NCBI GenBank assembly: GCA_949388605.1
Contig: CASKJV010000007.1
Span: 16,689 to 80,688, forward strand
Direction of reading: 5' to 3'
From: an uncultured Clostridia bacterium
Lineage (GTDB): Bacteria > Bacillota > Clostridia > TANB77 > CAG-508
DNA: 64,000 nt
Shown here piece by piece: positions 18,119 through 28,911 of this stretch. The stretch's first letter is position 1. Every line of letters starts with the position of its first letter. Made by a program: the position numbers and the translations under genes. Under the pieces are notes generated by a model that made no database searches, was not told where the DNA came from, and saw only the letters and a list, made by a program, of their open reading frames with translations.

Positions 18119-18505
18119 CTAATTATTTTTTCTACAGAAATCACATATTCCATCTAATGCAATTCCTTTATCAGAGATTTCTACTCCTGTTTGTTCAATA
18201 ACTATTTGCTTAATTTTTTCATATTCAAATTTATAATCAAAATCAAATACCTTACCACATTTAGTACATATAGCATGATTATGTGGTTTAGTAATATAGT
18301 CATACCTATCTGGACCAACTAACATAGAAATTTTATTTATTATATTGTTTTCTACTAACAATCCCAAATTTCGATATACTGTACTTCTACTAACAGCTGG
18401 ATCCTTAGCTTTAACAATCATATAAATTTCTTCTGCTGTTTTATGATCGCATGATTCTTTTACTACTTTAATTATTTCTTCTCTTTGTCTTGAATAATTC
18501 TTCAT
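18119..18505 (-). CDS. perR: Fur-family peroxide regulator (PerR-like)
   Basis: Winged-helix STVYRNL, HNHAICTKCGK...CDFC zinc site, and an operon with rbr; start at the ATG after GGGAGA. Confidence 0.8.
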   Translation of the reverse strand: MKNYSRQREEIIKVVKESCDHKTAEEIYMIVKAKDPAVSRSTVYRNLGLLVENNIINKISMLVGPDRYDYITKPHNHAICTKCGKVFDFDYKFEYEKIKQIVIEQTGVEISDKGIALDGICDFCRKNN

Positions 18506-18521
18506 AAAAATCTCCCGCAAA

Positions 18522-18538
18522 TTAGGATTAATTCCTAA
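18522..18538. promoter_or_regulatory. Fur/PerR-box-like 17-bp palindrome in the perR leader
   Basis: TTAGGATTAATTCCTAA, with 7 of 8 arm positions symmetric. Confidence 0.4.
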
Positions 18539-18757
18539 TTTTATATTAGTATTATATCACAAAATACTATTTTGGCAATAGATTATTTTATAAAATTTAT
18601 TTATTTTATAAAATAAGTGGATCATATTTAAGCTGTAAAAAGTTAAGCTTTAGCGCATTGTCCACATCTTTACCATGTATACCTTAATTCTTATAATATA
18701 AAATACGCAAAAACACAGCAATGTTACTTGCTGTGTTTTCGCTGATTGGATGCTTGA

Positions 18758-19108
18758 TTAAACCGCAACCGGCAGATCAATATACACCAACCATTTACGC
18801 TTCTTTCCGTTCGGAACAATCGTAAATATTGTCTCGTTTCGTATTGTCGGACCATTTGCCGCTTTAGCACGTTTGGCAGAATAAACATCTCCGTCTCTCC
18901 ATAAGCCCAGTTCCAAATCATACTTCCTGGCATCGTGCAGTACACCGCACAAAATGATGAGCTGCTGCTCAATCATATCTCTGTCGGCTTTTTCTATCTG
19001 CCGATCTTTCCGTACCTTCTTCATAACTTCAACAATGTCCGGAAAGTTTTTAGAAATTAAATCATCCATCTGATCCTGAGTTAAGTTGTTAAGAATATTC
19101 TTGTGCAT
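18758..19108 (-). CDS. Hypothetical protein, GC-rich orphan (paralog of 25309-25707)
   Basis: SD AGGAGG before the ATG at 19108. Shares MIEQQL and IR(N/D)ETIFTIV..G(K/R)K..W.V(Y/F)(I/V)DLP with the paralog. Has its own TTGAAG-17-TATAAT promoter and a terminator at about 18709-18745. Confidence 0.6.
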   Translation of the reverse strand: MHKNILNNLTQDQMDDLISKNFPDIVEVMKKVRKDRQIEKADRDMIEQQLIILCGVLHDARKYDLELGLWRDGDVYSAKRAKAANGPTIRNETIFTIVPNGKKRKWLVYIDLPVAV

Positions 19109-19235
19109 AAATGCTCCTCCTATTATTATGTTATTATTTGCATCGCCAATTGGCAATTTTCGAGACTTTAATATAGAACATCTCTACAAATATATTATAA
19201 CATATTTCAAAAAATACTTCAACCTACTAGTTTTA

Positions 19236-19910
19236 TTACATGGTTGGCAATACTGTTGTAGAACTTGCTCCTCTTCCAACTACTTGATTCATTAGAGAAT
19301 TCCATGTATTTCTTCCAATTATTCCATCTGCAGTAAGTCCATTTTTATTTTGGAAAGATATAACTGAACTATTACTTCTTACTCCAAATACACCATCTAA
19401 TCCACCTGTATCATATCCAAGTGTAGTAAGTGCATCTTGGGCTATACAAACATATACTCCTCTACTTCCTGTTCTTATTTGCGGATATCCAGATACAACT
19501 TGACGTTCATCAAAATGTACCCATCTAGGTGTTAAGTTTACTGGTTCGACATAATTCCATATGCCAGAATTAACTGCTAAATTTCTCATAGCATTTCTTC
19601 CCGTCGCATCTAAATTCTGCCCTACATCAAATGCTAAACCTGCATAATGTTGCGAAAGAACTCCATGCCCACCTTCCCAAGATCTTTTAAAAGCATACCC
19701 AACATAAATTGGCCTTCCATAAATATATCTAAAACTATTCCATGCTTCCATAGCTCTTCTATCAGTCCATAGAAGTCCAGAATTACTTGCTCCTCTAAAT
19801 TCACTAACTGTTAAAGTTCTATTTGAATTATATGGCATACTTTGTGATTCACCACGATAATATGTTTCCATACGATTTGTATTATTATTATATACTAGAA
19901 TTTTTGCCAT
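19236..19910 (-). CDS. Peptidase M15 (VanY/hedgehog-type zinc D-Ala-D-Ala carboxypeptidase fold) with a C-terminal PG_binding_1 domain
   Basis: SQHYAGLAFD...RWVHFD metal ligands; GLDGVFGVRS...GLTADGIIGRNTW peptidoglycan-binding repeat. Confidence 0.7.
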   Translation of the reverse strand: MAKILVYNNNTNRMETYYRGESQSMPYNSNRTLTVSEFRGASNSGLLWTDRRAMEAWNSFRYIYGRPIYVGYAFKRSWEGGHGVLSQHYAGLAFDVGQNLDATGRNAMRNLAVNSGIWNYVEPVNLTPRWVHFDERQVVSGYPQIRTGSRGVYVCIAQDALTTLGYDTGGLDGVFGVRSNSSVISFQNKNGLTADGIIGRNTWNSLMNQVVGRGASSTTVLPTM

Positions 19911-20090
19911 AAAAACACTCCTTTCTTGTACTACTTATATACTATGAAATAGAGTATTTTTTGTGAAATTCTCGTATATTGAATTAAGCTATCATTAGAA
20001 ACACTATAAAAGGCTTAAGAACACTTTCTTAAGCCTTTTTACATATATTCCAATAGTTTAATATTATTACGTTTTATTTAATCTTATAAT

Positions 20091-22265
20091 TTAATCCTCT
20101 TTTTCACTACTTATTACTATTTCTTCATGAGTTTCTTCTTTAGCATTTATTTTAACACTATCAATAATATTTATAAATTTAATTTCATCCCTTGAAATTT
20201 CACTTCCAAATTTATTGTAACTATTAGATAATGCGTCTAACTTTTCAAGTCGTTTAAATGTATTTTTTACATCTCCATTTACCATATTGTAAATCTTAAT
20301 AATGCCTTCATTATTAAATGTTTTTATACCATCTACTAATTCATTACTTCCCGTTGACAATTTATCTGTTCCTAATACTAAAGTATTTGTTCCATCTTTT
20401 AATGCATTTGAACCATCTGATAGTTTAGATACTCCATCATTTAATGTAACTATACCATTTGCCAAATCTCCAGCTCCTTTTGATATTGTAGTTGCTGCAT
20501 CTAATAATTGTCCATTGGCTGTTAATAATTTATTTGTTGAAGGTGCCAATTCTTCTAATCCATTTTTTACTTGAGAAGATCCATCATTTAATTGTTTTGT
20601 TCCTTTTTTTAATTGCATACTTCCGCCATATACTTTATCTGCACCTTTTACTAAATTATCTATTCCTGTTACCAAATTATTTGCTCCTGTAGTTAATCCA
20701 TCTGTTCCTGCTACTAATTCATCAGCACCTTTAATTAACTCATTTGTTCCATTTACTAATAATGTTGCTCCATTAGATAATTTTCCCATTCCACTTGAAA
20801 CTGTTCCTTCTAAATTATTTAGAGCATTTATAATTGGGCTTACATCTACTGAAGACCTTTCTGTATTACCTAAGTTTTCTTCTAAAATTTCTATATTGCT
20901 GTTATTAGTTTGTACTAATCCAATTAATGTATTTTTTAACTCTCCATCTTCCATTGTAGATATTTGTACTTCTAAAGCTGCATTAGTATTTTTTAAACTA
21001 TTTATAGTTGATTGATTATTTTGTAATGGTGAATTTACTGAACTACTATTTCCAATTGAATTTGTAAGTACTTTTATATTTCCTATGTCTTGACTTACTC
21101 CTGCTTGTAAATCATTTATTCCTTTTTCTAAATCATTAGCACCTTTTTGGCCATTTTCAAGTCCTGATTTAAGTTTTTTTGCTCCTGCAGATAAATTTGT
21201 TGTTCCTTGAGCAAGTTGTTCTGCTCCCATTTTTACACTATTTGCTCCATCACTTACATCTTTAGCTCCATTTGATAATGCTGTACTACCTTGATCTAAT
21301 TCTTGAATTCCACTATTCATAGTATCATACTTAGAATTTAATAACTTTATACCATTAGATACTTGATTCATAGCTGAATTAAACTCTTTTGATTTAGCTA
21401 CATATTGTGAAGTTCCATTTTTTAAAGTATTTGCACCATTATTTAATTCTGTACTTCCACTTTTTAAAGTGTTTATGCCGTTATTTAATTCATTTGTCCC
21501 ATTATTTAAACTATTCGCTCCATCACTTAAAGTAATTATTCCATCATTTAATTTAATAGCTCCTTCTTCAATTTGAAAACTTGCAGACTTTAAATCTTCT
21601 ACTTGATTATAAATTTCATCTAATTTATCTGAAATTTTATCAAAGCTACCTTCTTCTAATACTTTAGGTGTATAAAAACTCATAATATTTCCAATTTCAA
21701 AATTTGTACTTTCCATAGAAATTTCAATTTTACTTGGAATTTCTATATTTTCTTTCGAAATATTTAAACTTTCTTGCATTCCTGGAAGTGCAACACCTAT
21801 AACTATAGTTTTACTTCCATCATTAATTACTTTTCCATTAGAAATTTCAACATTTCTATTATTATCATTATTAATAATAGCACCTGCTACTACAAAAAAT
21901 GGTGTATATAAAGTTTCGTTATTCCCATTTATTATTACTTCATTTGCAGATTTATTCTCATATTCTAAAATAATTTTTACTTTTCCACTTTTACCTGCTA
22001 AACTCCCTGCTGAGATTTCTTCTCCATCCAACTCATATGTTACTTTACAATCAACAGGTAATTCTTTATTTTCTTCATTTTGAATAGTATCTGTTCCCTC
22101 TTCATTCTCTGTTATTTCACTAATTATTGTTTTATAAGCATTCCCTGAATTATCTAATTTGGAATAAACACTTTCTTCATTAGTAAAAGCAAAAATTGGC
22201 ATTGTATAAGTTAATAAAGAACATAACATTATACCTGAAACACATTTTTTTATAACTTTACTCAT
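20091..22265 (-). CDS. YhgE/Pip-domain protein (N-terminal anchor plus long NxLxxG-type repeat region)
   Basis: Reiterated LNNG.N.L..G..EL motifs, a signal/anchor sequence, and linkage to an MMPL gene. Confidence 0.7.
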   Translation of the reverse strand: MSKVIKKCVSGIMLCSLLTYTMPIFAFTNEESVYSKLDNSGNAYKTIISEITENEEGTDTIQNEENKELPVDCKVTYELDGEEISAGSLAGKSGKVKIILEYENKSANEVIINGNNETLYTPFFVVAGAIINNDNNRNVEISNGKVINDGSKTIVIGVALPGMQESLNISKENIEIPSKIEISMESTNFEIGNIMSFYTPKVLEEGSFDKISDKLDEIYNQVEDLKSASFQIEEGAIKLNDGIITLSDGANSLNNGTNELNNGINTLKSGSTELNNGANTLKNGTSQYVAKSKEFNSAMNQVSNGIKLLNSKYDTMNSGIQELDQGSTALSNGAKDVSDGANSVKMGAEQLAQGTTNLSAGAKKLKSGLENGQKGANDLEKGINDLQAGVSQDIGNIKVLTNSIGNSSSVNSPLQNNQSTINSLKNTNAALEVQISTMEDGELKNTLIGLVQTNNSNIEILEENLGNTERSSVDVSPIINALNNLEGTVSSGMGKLSNGATLLVNGTNELIKGADELVAGTDGLTTGANNLVTGIDNLVKGADKVYGGSMQLKKGTKQLNDGSSQVKNGLEELAPSTNKLLTANGQLLDAATTISKGAGDLANGIVTLNDGVSKLSDGSNALKDGTNTLVLGTDKLSTGSNELVDGIKTFNNEGIIKIYNMVNGDVKNTFKRLEKLDALSNSYNKFGSEISRDEIKFINIIDSVKINAKEETHEEIVISSEKED

Positions 22266-22342
22266 AATTTCCTCCTCTTTTTTGTTGTTTAAAACTTTAA
22301 TTTTTATCTATAACATCTAAAATTTTTTTAGAAAATTTATAA

Positions 22343-24421
22343 TTATTCTTTTATACTATTTATTTTTCTCATTCCAATAGTAGTTTTACAAATTAACTTA
22401 TCAAACAATAATAAAAATGCTGGTAATACTAAAACAACTACAACCATACTTATTATTGCTCCTCTAGACATTAACGTACATAATGACCCAATCATTTGTA
22501 TTTTTGAAACTGCTCCAACTCCAAAAGTTGCTCCAAAGAAACATAATCCACTAGTTGCAATAGATGATATTGATGTTTCCAAACTTAAATCTATTGCTTT
22601 AATTTTATTCATTCCTTCTTTTCTGTTAGATATATATTTTGTTGTTATTAGAATAGCATAATCTATTGTAGCTCCAAGTTGAATAGTTCCAATTACAATT
22701 GATGCTATAAATGGTATAACTGTACCATTGAAATATGGAATCCCCATATTTATAAATATTGCAAATTCAATTACACACATTAAAATAACTGGTAGTGAAA
22801 TTGATTTTAAAACAAAAATCATTATTATAAATATAACAAGTAATGAAACTGCATTAACACTAGTAAAATCATGATCACTTATTTCAACTAAGTCTTTCAT
22901 TAAAGGACCTTCTCCAGCAAGAATTGCATTCTCATCATATTCTTTTATAATACTATTTACTTTATCTACTTGTGAATTTAACTCATCAGTAGCCATTTCA
23001 TAATTTGAGTTTATAATAATTAATTGATATTTATCATTTTGCACTTTTTCTAGTATATCACTTGGTATCATCTCTTTTGGTATTCCTAAATCTGTGATTT
23101 TAGATAATCCTAAAGTCCATTCTATTCCATCTAATTCTTCAATTCTATCTAACATTTCATTAACATCTTTATCTGGGACATTTTTATCTAATAATAATAT
23201 TTCTGTTGATACCATATTAAATTTTTCTTTTAATTCTTCATTTGCTGTTCTACTCTCAAGTGTTTCTGGCAAACTTTTATCTAAATTATAATAAGACTCT
23301 GTACGACAATATCCATAATATGCTATTGGCAATATTATAATAAAAGCTAAAATTGTAAGTTTGTAATGTTTTATTGAAAAATTTTTAATTCTTGAAAATT
23401 TAGGCATAATCTCTTTATGTTTTGTTTTTTCAATTAGTGAATTACATTCTAATATCATTGTTGGAAGAATAGTTATTACACAAATTACTCCAAAGAAAAC
23501 ACCTTTTGCCATAACTATTCCTATATCTTTTCCTAGTGTAAGATTCATACTACATAATGCTAAAAATCCAGCTATTGTAGTAAGCGAGCTTCCAACAACA
23601 GAAACTAAAGTTTTAGAAATTGCTTCTGTCATTGCTTCTTCTATATTGCTAGTTTTCTTTTTTTCCTGCATATAGCTATGATATAAGAAAATTGCAAAAT
23701 CCATTGTTACTCCCAGTTGTAAAACTGCACTTATTGCTTTTGTTATATATGAAATTTCTCCTAAAAATATATTTGTTCCCATATTATACAAAATAGCAAT
23801 TCCTATATTAATTAGTAATAAAAACGGTGCTACATAAGAATCTAATGCTATTTGTAATACGATTAAACATAATACCACTGCTATAATAATATATATAATA
23901 ATTTCTGAATTAGCTAAATTTTTAGTATCTAGAACTATTGAAGACATTCCTCCAATTTTGCATCTTGCATCTGTTATTTCTCTTAAATGTTCTATTGTTT
24001 CAAGTGTTACATCATCTGAAATTCCTTCTTTAAAAGTTGCAAGCATTATTGTTGAACCATCTTTGTAAAATTTATCTTGAATTTCATCTGGTAACATTTC
24101 AATTGGTATGCTATCTCCCACAACATCTGCTGTACTCATTACCATTGCAACATTATCTATTTTATTTATTTCTTTTTCTAATTTTAAAATTTCTTTTGTA
24201 GACATATTATCTAAAATAATAGTTGAAAACGCTCCCATATTAAATTCGTCTGATAATATATTTTCACCTTGAATAGTTTCTATATTTTCTGGTAAATATA
24301 CTAAAATATCATAATTTATTCTTGTAGCGTTCATTCCAATAAATGATGGAATAAGTAATATTAAAGATAATATTAGAATAATTTTTCTGTATTTACATAT
24401 AAATTTTCCAAATTTATTCAT
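22343..24421 (-). CDS. MMPL/RND-superfamily membrane transporter
   Basis: Two 6-TM blocks around soluble loops; start at the ATG after AAGGAGG (MNKFGKF...). Confidence 0.8.
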   Translation of the reverse strand: MNKFGKFICKYRKIILILSLILLIPSFIGMNATRINYDILVYLPENIETIQGENILSDEFNMGAFSTIILDNMSTKEILKLEKEINKIDNVAMVMSTADVVGDSIPIEMLPDEIQDKFYKDGSTIMLATFKEGISDDVTLETIEHLREITDARCKIGGMSSIVLDTKNLANSEIIIYIIIAVVLCLIVLQIALDSYVAPFLLLINIGIAILYNMGTNIFLGEISYITKAISAVLQLGVTMDFAIFLYHSYMQEKKKTSNIEEAMTEAISKTLVSVVGSSLTTIAGFLALCSMNLTLGKDIGIVMAKGVFFGVICVITILPTMILECNSLIEKTKHKEIMPKFSRIKNFSIKHYKLTILAFIIILPIAYYGYCRTESYYNLDKSLPETLESRTANEELKEKFNMVSTEILLLDKNVPDKDVNEMLDRIEELDGIEWTLGLSKITDLGIPKEMIPSDILEKVQNDKYQLIIINSNYEMATDELNSQVDKVNSIIKEYDENAILAGEGPLMKDLVEISDHDFTSVNAVSLLVIFIIMIFVLKSISLPVILMCVIEFAIFINMGIPYFNGTVIPFIASIVIGTIQLGATIDYAILITTKYISNRKEGMNKIKAIDLSLETSISSIATSGLCFFGATFGVGAVSKIQMIGSLCTLMSRGAIISMVVVVLVLPAFLLLFDKLICKTTIGMRKINSIKE

Positions 24422-24443
24422 TTGAAACCTCCTTGCATATTTA

Positions 24444-24523
24444 TGACCATTGGTCACTTTATTATTATAGTACGATACTGACCAACAGTCAATAGTTTTT
24501 AAAAAAATATTGACTACCAGTCA
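24444..24523. promoter_or_regulatory. Three TetR-type operator palindromes in the divergent MMPL/tetR control region
   Basis: TGACCATTGGTCA (24444-24456), TGACCAACAGTCA (24479-24491), TGACTACCAGTCA (24511-24523). Confidence 0.6.
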
Positions 24524-24665
24524 TCTTTATGTAATAATTGTTTTATACTATGAATTTAAAGTCAAAAAAGTCACTTTTTAAATTATAAAACATTTCAAAT
24601 AAATTTAAGTGGCTAATCTTTGTTCTAACCTTTATATGAAATAAATATTTAAGGAGATTTAAATT

Positions 24666-25271
24666 GTGAGAAAAAAAAATGATAAATTAAATGAAGAAAA
24701 TAAAGAAACACGATTATTAAATACAGCATTTAAATTATTTACTGAAAAAGGAATTAAAGATACTTCTATCCAAGAAATAGTTGATAATGCTGATGTTGGT
24801 AAAGGAACTTTTTATTTATATTTCAAAGATAAATATGAAATAAGAGATGTTTTAATTGCTAAAAAATCTCACAAACTATTCAATGATGCTCTATCAGCTT
24901 TAAGGGAAGACAATATTTCTGCTTTATCAGAACAAGTAATTTTTATAGTTAATTATGTTATTGATGAATTAAAAAATAATCAATTACTATTAAAATTTAT
25001 ATCAAAAAATCTTTCTTGGGGAATTTATAATAAAACAGTAAATAAAATATATGAAAATTCTGAAAATGAAGAAAATGGAATTTACCAATTGTTTTTAAAA
25101 GGAATTGAAGAAAATAATATAAAATTAAAAAATCCTGATGTTACTCTATTTATGATTATAGAACTTGTAAGTTCAACATGCTTCAATTCTATATTATATA
25201 ATGAACCTCTTCCAATTGATGAATATAAACCTTATTTATTTGAAATTATAGAAAAATTAATTAATAGTTAA
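24666..25271 (+). CDS. TetR/AcrR-family transcriptional regulator (GTG start)
   Basis: LLNTAFKLFTEKGIKDTSIQEIVDNADVGKGTFYLYFKDK helix-turn-helix region. Confidence 0.9.
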   Translation: MRKKNDKLNEENKETRLLNTAFKLFTEKGIKDTSIQEIVDNADVGKGTFYLYFKDKYEIRDVLIAKKSHKLFNDALSALREDNISALSEQVIFIVNYVIDELKNNQLLLKFISKNLSWGIYNKTVNKIYENSENEENGIYQLFLKGIEENNIKLKNPDVTLFMIIELVSSTCFNSILYNEPLPIDEYKPYLFEIIEKLINS

Positions 25272-25272
25272 A

Positions 25273-25306
25273 AAACGGGCGTAGCATTTGCTACGCTCCG
25301 TTTTTG
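25273..25306. terminator. Bidirectional GC-rich terminator
   Basis: ACGGGCGTAGCA-TT-TGCTACGCTCCGT with flanking A/T runs. Confidence 0.75.
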
Positions 25307-25308
25307 TC

Positions 25309-25707
25309 TTATTCAGTTACCAGCTTAGCATCCGGCAAATCAATGTCAATTGGCAAATCGACAAATACTGTCCAGTTCTTCTTCCGTCCACCCGCAACAA
25401 TAGTGAAAATGGTTTCATCACGTATAGTTCTTTGTTCATGAAATACCTGTTCACGCTCAGAAGATAAAGGATTCCCTCCACGCCAGCGATTCAGAACAAG
25501 TGTATAGGAACTCGACTCATTGAGAGTACCTGCCATACTAAGAAGCTGCTGCTCAATCATTTTCTTATCCAACTGATCGATTTCATGTGATTCTTTTACC
25601 TGATCAATCATTGCTTTGATCTGTGGATGATTTGTACTAAGAGTTTTTAATGTGCCATACAAATCTACATGTTTCCGTTTATCTGGTCTACATGTTATTA
25701 TTGTCAT
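25309..25707 (-). CDS. Hypothetical protein, GC-rich orphan (paralog of 18758-19108)
   Basis: SD AGGAGG before the ATG at 25707; consensus TTGACT-17-TATAAT promoter at about 25781-25810 (minus strand). Confidence 0.6.
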   Translation of the reverse strand: MTIITCRPDKRKHVDLYGTLKTLSTNHPQIKAMIDQVKESHEIDQLDKKMIEQQLLSMAGTLNESSSYTLVLNRWRGGNPLSSEREQVFHEQRTIRDETIFTIVAGGRKKNWTVFVDLPIDIDLPDAKLVTE

Positions 25708-25867
25708 AAAGTTTACCTCCTGATATTGTGACATCGTTTACAGTTTCAAATAAATCTTTTATCATGGATTATTCCAATATCGCTATTATATCATGCTTTA
25801 CATAATAAGTCAAATGAAATAATAATTTCCAAAATCCACAGATTATTCATAATCTGTGGATTTTTCT

Positions 25868-27307
25868 CTATTTATTTAATTCTTCTAAAAACATTTTATT
25901 AAGCATTTGTGGATTTCCTTTTCCCCTTGTTTCTTTCATTGCTTGACCTACTAAGAAACCTAATGCTCTATCTTTTCCTGCTTTATAATCTGCTATTGAT
26001 TGAGGATTATTTTCTAATACTTTCATTACAACTTTTTTAATTGCACCTTCATCTGAAATTTGTACCCAACCTTTTTCTTCAATTATTTTACTTGGCATTT
26101 TTACTTCTTTAAATAATTCTTCTAATACTTTTTTTGCTATTGCAGAACTAATTGTTCCTTTATCTATTAAAGTTACAAGTTCTCCTAGTTCATCTCCTCC
26201 AAATTTTAAATCTTCTGGTTCTTCTTCTCTTTCATTTAAGATTCTTACAACATCTGACATAATCAAATTTCCAACTGTTTTTGGATTATTACAAACTTTT
26301 ATTGCATCTTCAAAAAGATTAGAATAATATTTTGATGATGTTACGAAATTAGCAGCTTTTTCTGTTAATTCATATTTTTCAATATATCTTTTTCTTCTAC
26401 TTTCTGGTAGTTCTGGTAATTCTCTTCTAATATTTTCAATATATTCATCTGATAGTTTAATAGAAACCAAATCTGGTTCTGGAAAATACCTGTAGTCTTG
26501 AGCATCTGCTTTATCTCTCATTGGAAATGTTCTTCCAGATACATCATCCCATCTTAATGTTTCTTGTGTAATTGTATTTCCAGCTTCAATTTCTTCTATT
26601 TGTCTTCCTGCTTCATATTCAATAGCCCTTACTATACTTCTAAAAGAGTTCATGTTTTTCATTTCTGTTCTAGTACCAAATTTCTCACTACCTTTTTTTC
26701 TAACAGATACATTAACATCTGCTCTTAAAGACCCTTCTTGCATTTTGCAGTCTGAAACTTCTATATATTCAAAAATTGATTTTAATTTTCTCATATAGGC
26801 TTCTACTTCCTTACTACTCCTCATATCTGGTCTAGATACAACTTCTATTAATGGAACTCCTGCTCTGTTTAAATCTACAAAACTTCCTCTTCCATATTCA
26901 TCATGATTTAATTTTCCAGCATCTTCTTCTATATGAATTCTTTCAATTCTAATTTGCTTTTCTCCATCTTCTGTTTCGATATTTACATATCCATCATAAC
27001 ATAGAGGTTTATCAAATTGAGAAATTTGATATGCTTTTGGTAAATCTGGATAGAAATAATTTTTTCTATCATTTTTACTATTTCTCTCTATACTACAATT
27101 TGTAGCTAGTCCTGCTTTAACTGCATATTCAACAACTTTTTCATTTAATACTGGTAATGTACCTGGCATTGCCATACAAATTGGACAACAATGTGTATTT
27201 GGTTCTCCACCAAATTCTGTTGAACATGAACAGAATATTTTTGTTTTAGTAGAAAGTTCACAATGAACTTCTAATCCTATTACTATTTCATAATCTTCTC
27301 TTGACAT
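25868..27307 (-). CDS. gatB: Asp/Glu-tRNA(Asn/Gln) amidotransferase subunit B
   Basis: YEIVIGLEVHCELSTKTKIFC...HIEEDAGK. Confidence 0.95.
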   Translation of the reverse strand: MSREDYEIVIGLEVHCELSTKTKIFCSCSTEFGGEPNTHCCPICMAMPGTLPVLNEKVVEYAVKAGLATNCSIERNSKNDRKNYFYPDLPKAYQISQFDKPLCYDGYVNIETEDGEKQIRIERIHIEEDAGKLNHDEYGRGSFVDLNRAGVPLIEVVSRPDMRSSKEVEAYMRKLKSIFEYIEVSDCKMQEGSLRADVNVSVRKKGSEKFGTRTEMKNMNSFRSIVRAIEYEAGRQIEEIEAGNTITQETLRWDDVSGRTFPMRDKADAQDYRYFPEPDLVSIKLSDEYIENIRRELPELPESRRKRYIEKYELTEKAANFVTSSKYYSNLFEDAIKVCNNPKTVGNLIMSDVVRILNEREEEPEDLKFGGDELGELVTLIDKGTISSAIAKKVLEELFKEVKMPSKIIEEKGWVQISDEGAIKKVVMKVLENNPQSIADYKAGKDRALGFLVGQAMKETRGKGNPQMLNKMFLEELNK

Positions 27308-28782
27308 TATTTAATACCTCCTTTAAAGCTTGGTTTATTTTCTCTAAAGTTTGTATTTTGTTCATAAGTATATGCTGCTCTAAAAATTGTTTCTTCATTA
27401 AAAGGTTTTGCAATTAATTGGAATCCAATTGGCATTCCTTGACTATCTAATGAACATGGAATACTCATCCCTGGTAATCCTCCAATATTTACTGGAACAG
27501 TATAGATATCAGCTAAATACATTTCTAATGGATTATTTGATTTTTCTCCAATTTTAAATGCTGTTGTTGGTGATGTTGGTGTTAATAGTAAATCATATTT
27601 TCCAAATAATTCATCATATGCAGATCTAATAGCTGTTCTAACCTTTTGTGCTTTTTTATAATAAGCATCATAGTATCCAGATGAAAGAACATAAGTACCT
27701 AAAATAATTCTTCTTTTTACTTCAGAACCAAATCCTTCACTTCTTGAATTTTTATAAATGTCTTTCAAATTTTCAAATTTTTCTGTTCTATATCCATATC
27801 TTATTCCATCAAATCTACCTAAGTTTGAACTAGCTTCAGCGCAAGCAATTATATAATAAACTGCTGTTGCATATTTTCCAATATCTAATGAACAGTCTTC
27901 AATAATTGCTCCCATTTCTTCATATTTTTTAGCTACATCTAAAATAGCTTGTTTTACTTCATTATTAATACCTTCTCCAAGATATTCTTTTGGAAAACCA
28001 ATTTTCATTCCTTTAACATCATTTACTAAAGATTTTGTATAATCTTTTTTCTCTATATCCATTGAGGTTGAATCCTTTTCATCATGACCAGCAATTAGAT
28101 TTAAAAGCATAGCAGAATCTGTAACATCTTTTGTTATAGGTCCAATTTGATCAAGTGATGACGCAAATGCAACTAAACCAAATCTAGATACTAGTCCATA
28201 AGTAGGTTTTAATCCTACAACACCACAAAGTGAAGCTGGCTGACGAATACTTCCACCTGTATCACTTCCTAATGTCCAAGGAGCAATTTCAGCTGCTACT
28301 GCTGCTGCACTACCTCCAGAAGAACCTCCTGGTACTCTATCTAAATCCCATGGATTATGTGTTTTAAAAAATGCAGAGTATTCTGTTGAACCACCCATTG
28401 CAAATTCATCCATATTTAATTTTCCAAGATATACTAGATCTTGTTCATTTAATTTTTCTATAACTGTTGCATTATATGGCGCAATAAAATTTTCTAAAAT
28501 TTTTGAAGCACATGTTGTTTTTGCTCCTGTTATACACATATTATCTTTTATTCCTATTGGAATACCTGCAAATTTCGAAACTGCCTTTCCTGCTTTTCTA
28601 TCTTCATCAACCTTTTTGGCTTTTGCAATTGCCTCTTCTTCTAAAGTAGAAATATACGCTTTTACTTTAGGGTCTATCTCTTTTATTCTATCAAAGTAAC
28701 TTTTTGTTATTTCTTCAGATGTTACTTCACCTTTTTCAAGCTTTTCTATAAGTTCATGTACTGTATATTCGTAAAGCTCCAT
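27307..28782 (-). CDS. gatA: Asp/Glu-tRNA(Asn/Gln) amidotransferase subunit A
   Basis: Amidase signature [13 protein letters not shown]...[12 protein letters not shown]. Confidence 0.95.
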   Translation of the reverse strand: MELYEYTVHELIEKLEKGEVTSEEITKSYFDRIKEIDPKVKAYISTLEEEAIAKAKKVDEDRKAGKAVSKFAGIPIGIKDNMCITGAKTTCASKILENFIAPYNATVIEKLNEQDLVYLGKLNMDEFAMGGSTEYSAFFKTHNPWDLDRVPGGSSGGSAAAVAAEIAPWTLGSDTGGSIRQPASLCGVVGLKPTYGLVSRFGLVAFASSLDQIGPITKDVTDSAMLLNLIAGHDEKDSTSMDIEKKDYTKSLVNDVKGMKIGFPKEYLGEGINNEVKQAILDVAKKYEEMGAIIEDCSLDIGKYATAVYYIIACAEASSNLGRFDGIRYGYRTEKFENLKDIYKNSRSEGFGSEVKRRIILGTYVLSSGYYDAYYKKAQKVRTAIRSAYDELFGKYDLLLTPTSPTTAFKIGEKSNNPLEMYLADIYTVPVNIGGLPGMSIPCSLDSQGMPIGFQLIAKPFNEETIFRAAYTYEQNTNFRENKPSFKGGIK

Positions 28783-28911
28783 TAAAATTCCTCCTATTCG
28801 TCGTACATAAATGTACTCCTCATTTGCAATTCTCCAAACTATGCCAACGGGAAGGACAATTATATGTACTTTTTTTATATCCTATATATATTTTTTTCAG
28901 AATTGATAAAA

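Noticed and set aside
18724-18972. 82-aa ORF overlapping the GC-rich orphan gene in another frame.
   Set aside because: The 18758-19108 frame has the SD and the paralog conservation. This ORF is a GC-driven alternative frame.
28783-28911. Unusual 130-nt spacer between gatC and gatA; checked for a hidden element.
   Set aside because: It contains only a short GTACATTTATGTAC palindrome, with no ORF or recognisable RNA motif. It is probably just an intercistronic spacer.
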